Positions 58,802-64,000 of a DNA stretch of 64,000 bases are shown here, one piece after another. Numbering within the stretch: position 1 is the first letter of the stretch; the number at the start of each line of letters is the position of its first letter. Source of the stretch: Eledone cirrhosa (Eukaryota); contig OZ024757.1 in NCBI GenBank assembly GCA_964016885.1, forward strand, positions 24,986,001 to 25,050,000, given 5' to 3'. The notes beneath the pieces are model-generated. The model saw only the letters and a list, made by a program, of their open reading frames with translations, was not told the DNA's origin and made no database searches. Position numbers and translations under genes: made by a program.

Positions 58802-61474
58802 AAGAGAAGTATTACAGGTATGGAAAAAATTCTAAATAAGCCTAGAACAGCTATTGCGGGCCACTCTGACTGGTCAGGTGGGCTCGATTGTGGCCCGCGG
58901 GCCGCCTGTTGCACGCCCCTCCTTTAGACAGAATATCTATCACTGTTAAGTAATACTGTGATCTGTCGGCCAATTACATTTTCCAGCCTGTGGCGTTTGG
59001 GGGAGTCGGGATACTGACTGCGAGATTCCTATCTTCACTGGCGTCTAGTCTGACGAAGGTGACTGGTGAAGCTCGTGAGGGCACTTGGTTGTTCCAGCTC
59101 CTCAGCCTCGCCATCGCCCGAGGTAACGCTGCAGACGTGCTGGCTTGCCTAAAAAATCATTAGAGAGGTTTCCCAGTGCTCCTCGCGATACTGTTATCTT
59201 TTGCTCTAGTAGCAGCTCGTTTGTCCACCCCTTTCGCTTGCCTTTGGTTGTATGTGGTCCTAGATGTATTACCTGCTTGTGTGTTGTATGTGGTCCTAGA
59301 TGTATATATTACCTGCTTGTGTGTTGTATGTGGTCCTAGATGTATGTATTACCTGTTTATGTGTTGTATGTGGTCCTAGATGTGTGTATTACCTGGTTAT
59401 GTGGTCCTAGATGTATGTATTACCTGCTGGTGTGTTGTATGTAGTCCCAGATGTGTGTGATACCCGCTTGTGTGTTGTATGTGGTCCTAGATGTGTGGAT
59501 TACCTGTTTATGTGTTGTATGTCGTCCCAAATGTGTGTGCTACCCGCTTCTGTGATTTGTTTTCTTTCTTCTTTCTCTCTTCCGAGAAACAATCCTGTAT
59601 TTTTTAAATCTATTCCATGTGTTAAGTAATTAGCAGCAACAACAAACTGATTTTCAGTTGTAAAAAGAATCTTTAAACCTTCACCATTTACATTAACACA
59701 TACCATATGTTGTCCCAGCCACAAATAAACAGTAAAAAAAACTTACTTTGCGGTTAAATTCTTCACAATTAAAAGAAAATTATTTCTAACACGTTTCTAG
59801 AGAACACCAAGTTTACACCTTCAATATCCGGTAAAAGTAAAAACAAATTCCGGAGACATTTAACGAAACCAAACTGTGTAAAGAAAAACGAAAATTAAAC
59901 GAAGACAAATAGTAAATTTTTATTTTTATTAAATAAAATACCAGTAATTCACCGGATTAGATTTAATCAACTTTCTTCTCTCTGCACGAAAAACGAAAAA
60001 AATTCCTGACTTAGTGCTTAATATATAGAGAGGGGAGAGTTTGGTGTTACTTGATATAGAGAGGGGTATTGGAAGAGAGTGCCGTGTAGTAGATATAGAG
60101 AGGGAGAGAGTTAGTGCTAATTGATATAAAGAGGGGGATTTGGACCCCCCCGCCTCCCCCAAGAAAAATTATGAAATGCTTCCACCTCCCTGTACATATA
60201 TATATAGTATACACACACAGACATATATATATGTATATATTATATATATAGTAAATAAATATGTGTGTGTATCAGTGGTCCCCAAACTTTTCTGATCCAC
60301 ACCCCTCCTCTAAAATATGTTTATGTTCCCCTTTAATATAAAAACAATCCGAGTCTTCTGAAAGTGTTATTACTGTAATATAAAGTAGAAACCCTTTATT
60401 TAAACAAAGCTACGATGCAGCGATGATCAAAACAAACTTCTCGTAGGTGCTGCCAAGCGGGGAAAAGTGGATGTATAATGATGATGATATATATATATAT
60501 ATATATATATATCTCCCACCCTTGCAAACAGGGAAAAGCAGACGTAAAATGAAAATGATGATATATAGATAGATAGATAGATATGTATATATATATATAT
60601 ATATTTATACTTATGTCATGGTGGCTACAGGTGCCAAGAGGAAGAAGCCGGACAAATCCTCTGATATTTGTTTATCTTCCTTTCCTTTGTGTATATATAT
60701 TATGTGTGTGTGTGTGTATGAAGATGTATGACCCCCTAGCAAGCCAAACTACAGTTACTCCCCAACATGGAGAGCAAATTAAAACATTACCTGTTAGAGA
60801 CGAACGTGAAATGATTTGTGAGTGAACTACCGGTGTAACAGTAATTATGTTACCGGTGTAACTATTTCTGTTTACCTTATTTTTAAATCACACTCCTATA
60901 TTAGTTTAGTGACCTTTCAATTCAAATAAATTCTTGATGATGAGTGAACTCGCATCGGAGTAGCCCAACGCCTTGGCCTCCGCGTGTGTGAGCCACATAA
61001 ATGCTCTCAACGACATAGTGAGAAGAAGCCTGGACGCAGCTGAATTTCCATCTCAACTGGAGCCAGCAGGCCTAGGCCGCGGAGATGGCAAGCACCCCGA
61101 GGGAATCACCCTCTTCCCATTCGAAGGAGGTAGATCCACAAACCCCAGCATCGCTGCCCGTCTCGCAGATGAACATAAAATAAACAAATTCCGGTGTTTG
61201 TCCTGGAGCTTCTTCTACGCACCAGACACCGTCGAGACCCCAGGCCTACTTGGACCCATTACAGCCGAGCTCCTCCGCAAGATCGGAGTGTTTGTGGCCC
61301 GTCTGAGGATGGAGTCCCACGAGGTTTGATGGCTGTTGCAGCAGGTGTCACTGCCCTTACATATATATACGTACATGTTCCCTTGACTGCTATTTCTAGC
61401 ATATATTAATAGACACTTTAGAAACAGCAGCTAAAAATCAGGAAACAACAGTGTGTGTCTGTATATATATACAC

Positions 61475-61506
<32 letters not shown>

Positions 61507-61599
61507 CAGCCAAAGACACACACACACACATACACACAGGTGTATGTCTGCGTGTATGTATATATATGTATGTGTCTTTGCGTACTCTCTTTCTCTCTC

Positions 61600-61734
<135 letters not shown>

Positions 61735-61860
61735 CAGTGATCCCTCTCCCAACCTTTAATCAAACAAACCTGCGATGTGGGCGATGATCAAAATAAACAC
61801 CAAAATGTGAACAAACAGCCCAAAGGTGCTGCCGGATACACGATAACATGTGTAGACGAA

Positions 61861-62452
61861 GTAAAACTTTTATTACTGTAATATAAAGTAGAAACCCTTT
61901 ATTTAAACAAAGCTGCGATGCAGCGATGATCAAAACAAACTTCAAAATGTAAATAAACTTTTCGTAGGTGCTGTCAGATACACGATAACATGTGTATCTG
62001 GAAGTTTGGTCGTATTATATCACTTTCAAATTGACCCCTATTATATTCAAATTATCCCCTGTGGGGGGTGCGCCCCACGTTGAGAATCCCTCATAAATAA
62101 ATATATGTGAGTGTGTTGCTATGACTGCTATTTCTAGCAGGTTTACTGCCGTCCTGTAGACGCACACCAAAAACCGGAAGTGGCAGCCATTAAAAAACTT
62201 TGGCTTAAAATCAGGCAAAAGTTTTTAAACAATTTGCCAAGAAAGATAACTCTTGTCTTACTTAATCGCAATAATCGAGTCAAAAATTTTGCGGGTGTGC
62301 AGATTGTTTGGTCGCATTTGCTGCTATTTCTAGCATGTATGGACATTTTAGAAATAGCAGCGAAAAACGGAAAACAGCAGAAAGAAGGACACACACCTAT
62401 ATATATATATGTATATATATATATTTGGGATATGTGTGTGTTTGTTTATATG

Positions 62453-62488
<36 letters not shown>

Positions 62489-62525
62489 CATATATATTTA
62501 TATATATATATATGTATATATATAA

Positions 62526-62577
<52 letters not shown>

Positions 62578-62584
62578 TATTTAT

Positions 62585-62618
<34 letters not shown>

Positions 62619-62649
62619 ATTTATGGATATGTGTCTGTTTGTTTATATG

Positions 62650-62680
<31 letters not shown>

Positions 62681-62715
62681 ATATATATATGTATATATAT
62701 ATATATATATATGTA

Positions 62716-62791
<76 letters not shown>

Positions 62792-63463
62792 TATATATAG
62801 GTGTGTGTCCTTCTTTCTGATGTTTTCCGTGTTTCGCTGCTATTTCTAAAGTGTTCATACATGCTAGAAATAGCAGTCAAATACCAGCAAACAAGACCAA
62901 ATCAACTGCACAGCCGCAATATATATATGATATATAAATATATGTGAGTTGCTATGACTGCTATTTCTAGCAGGTTATTCCTAGCGTGTAAACTGCACGC
63001 CCGCAAAATTTTTATCTCGATTTTTGCGATTAAGTAAGGCAAGAGTTATCTTTCTTGGCAAAAACACCCTGGTTTGTTTACATTAAATTTTCTATTGTTT
63101 AAAAACTTTTCACTGATTTTAAGCCAAAGTTTTTTAATGGCCGCCACTTCCGGTTTTTGGTGTGCGTCTACAGGACTGCAGTAAACCTGCGAGAAATAGC
63201 AGTCATAACAACACACTCACATATATTTATTTATGAGGGATTCTCAACCTGGGGTGCACGCCCCACAGGGGATAATTTGCATATAATACGGGTCAATTTG
63301 AAAAATACGACCCAGTTACACTTCGTCTACACATGTTATCGTGTATCTGGCAGTACCTACGAGAAGTTTGTTTACATTTTGGAGTTTGTTTTTATCATCG
63401 CTGCATCGTAGCTTTGTTTAATTAAAGGATTTCTACTTTATATTACAGTAATAACACTTTTAC
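61861..63463. repeat. Palindrome copy 4
   Basis: Colinear with copies 1 and 2. Confidence 0.93.
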
Positions 63464-64000
63464 AAGACTCTGTTTGTTTTTATATTAAAGGGGGACATAA
63501 ACATATTTTAAATGTTTAAATATATTTATTTATTTATGTCCTTCTCTCTGTTGTTTACTAAACTCTGAATTCAGCATTTTTCTGTTTTTCTCTAGGGTTC
63601 GAGCATGTATATATATATGGCAGTCAACCGCACTTGGCACAGACTCGAAAAAGCCGCCGCTAATCGTGATCGTTGAGGTTATAATTAAACTAAAATGCTT
63701 CCACTGGGCACGATAAGCTGATCATGATCGTTGGAGAGTGTTTTCTGCGCTGAACCTAAGATTAAAAGATATATATATATATAGCTGTTTAAACGGCCGG
63801 AGCTCAGCCGTCGGGGTGCTGAATATTTTCATATATATGTATGTGTATGTGTATGTATATGTATGTGTGTGTGTTTTGCGAATTAATAATTATATAAACA
63901 AGTTTGTAATGAACAATTTATTTATTATCAAAACTGTATAAACATGATATTATTTACAGTAACAATAACAATAATAATGATGATTTCTAGTAAAGGTGGA

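Noticed and set aside
62180-62880. Long YI/IY-repeat ORFs here and at 9.7, 12.7, 26.5, 37 and 54 kb
   Set aside because: Translations of (TA)n microsatellites.

Overview
AT-rich, repeat-dense eukaryotic DNA. The SINE, RTE and CR1 repertoire and the (TA)n density resemble a cephalopod (octopus-like) genome; this is an inference. Bases 1-11.5 kb hold the last five exons (phase-compatible GT-AG introns) of a PLP-dependent class-V C-S lyase of the Egt2/L-cysteine desulfhydrase/isopenicillin-N-epimerase type. Downstream (12-20 kb) lie a minimal hammerhead ribozyme motif, a non-autonomous Helitron, a fold-back element and a CR1-group LINE with an uninterrupted 932-codon ORF. From about 20.6 kb to the end, the window is a hierarchical tandem segmental duplication: a ~25 kb repeat with a ~5 kb core present four times. 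It is built from decayed Helitron, RTE, CRE-like and CR1 pieces, a 1.3-1.6 kb palindrome and several minisatellites, two of which can be traced to specific transposon fragments. Most short ORFs in the track are repeat artefacts. No complete novel multi-gene system is supported. The best leads are the lyase, the ribozyme, the TE-seeded minisatellites and candidate minus-strand exons in the amplified module.
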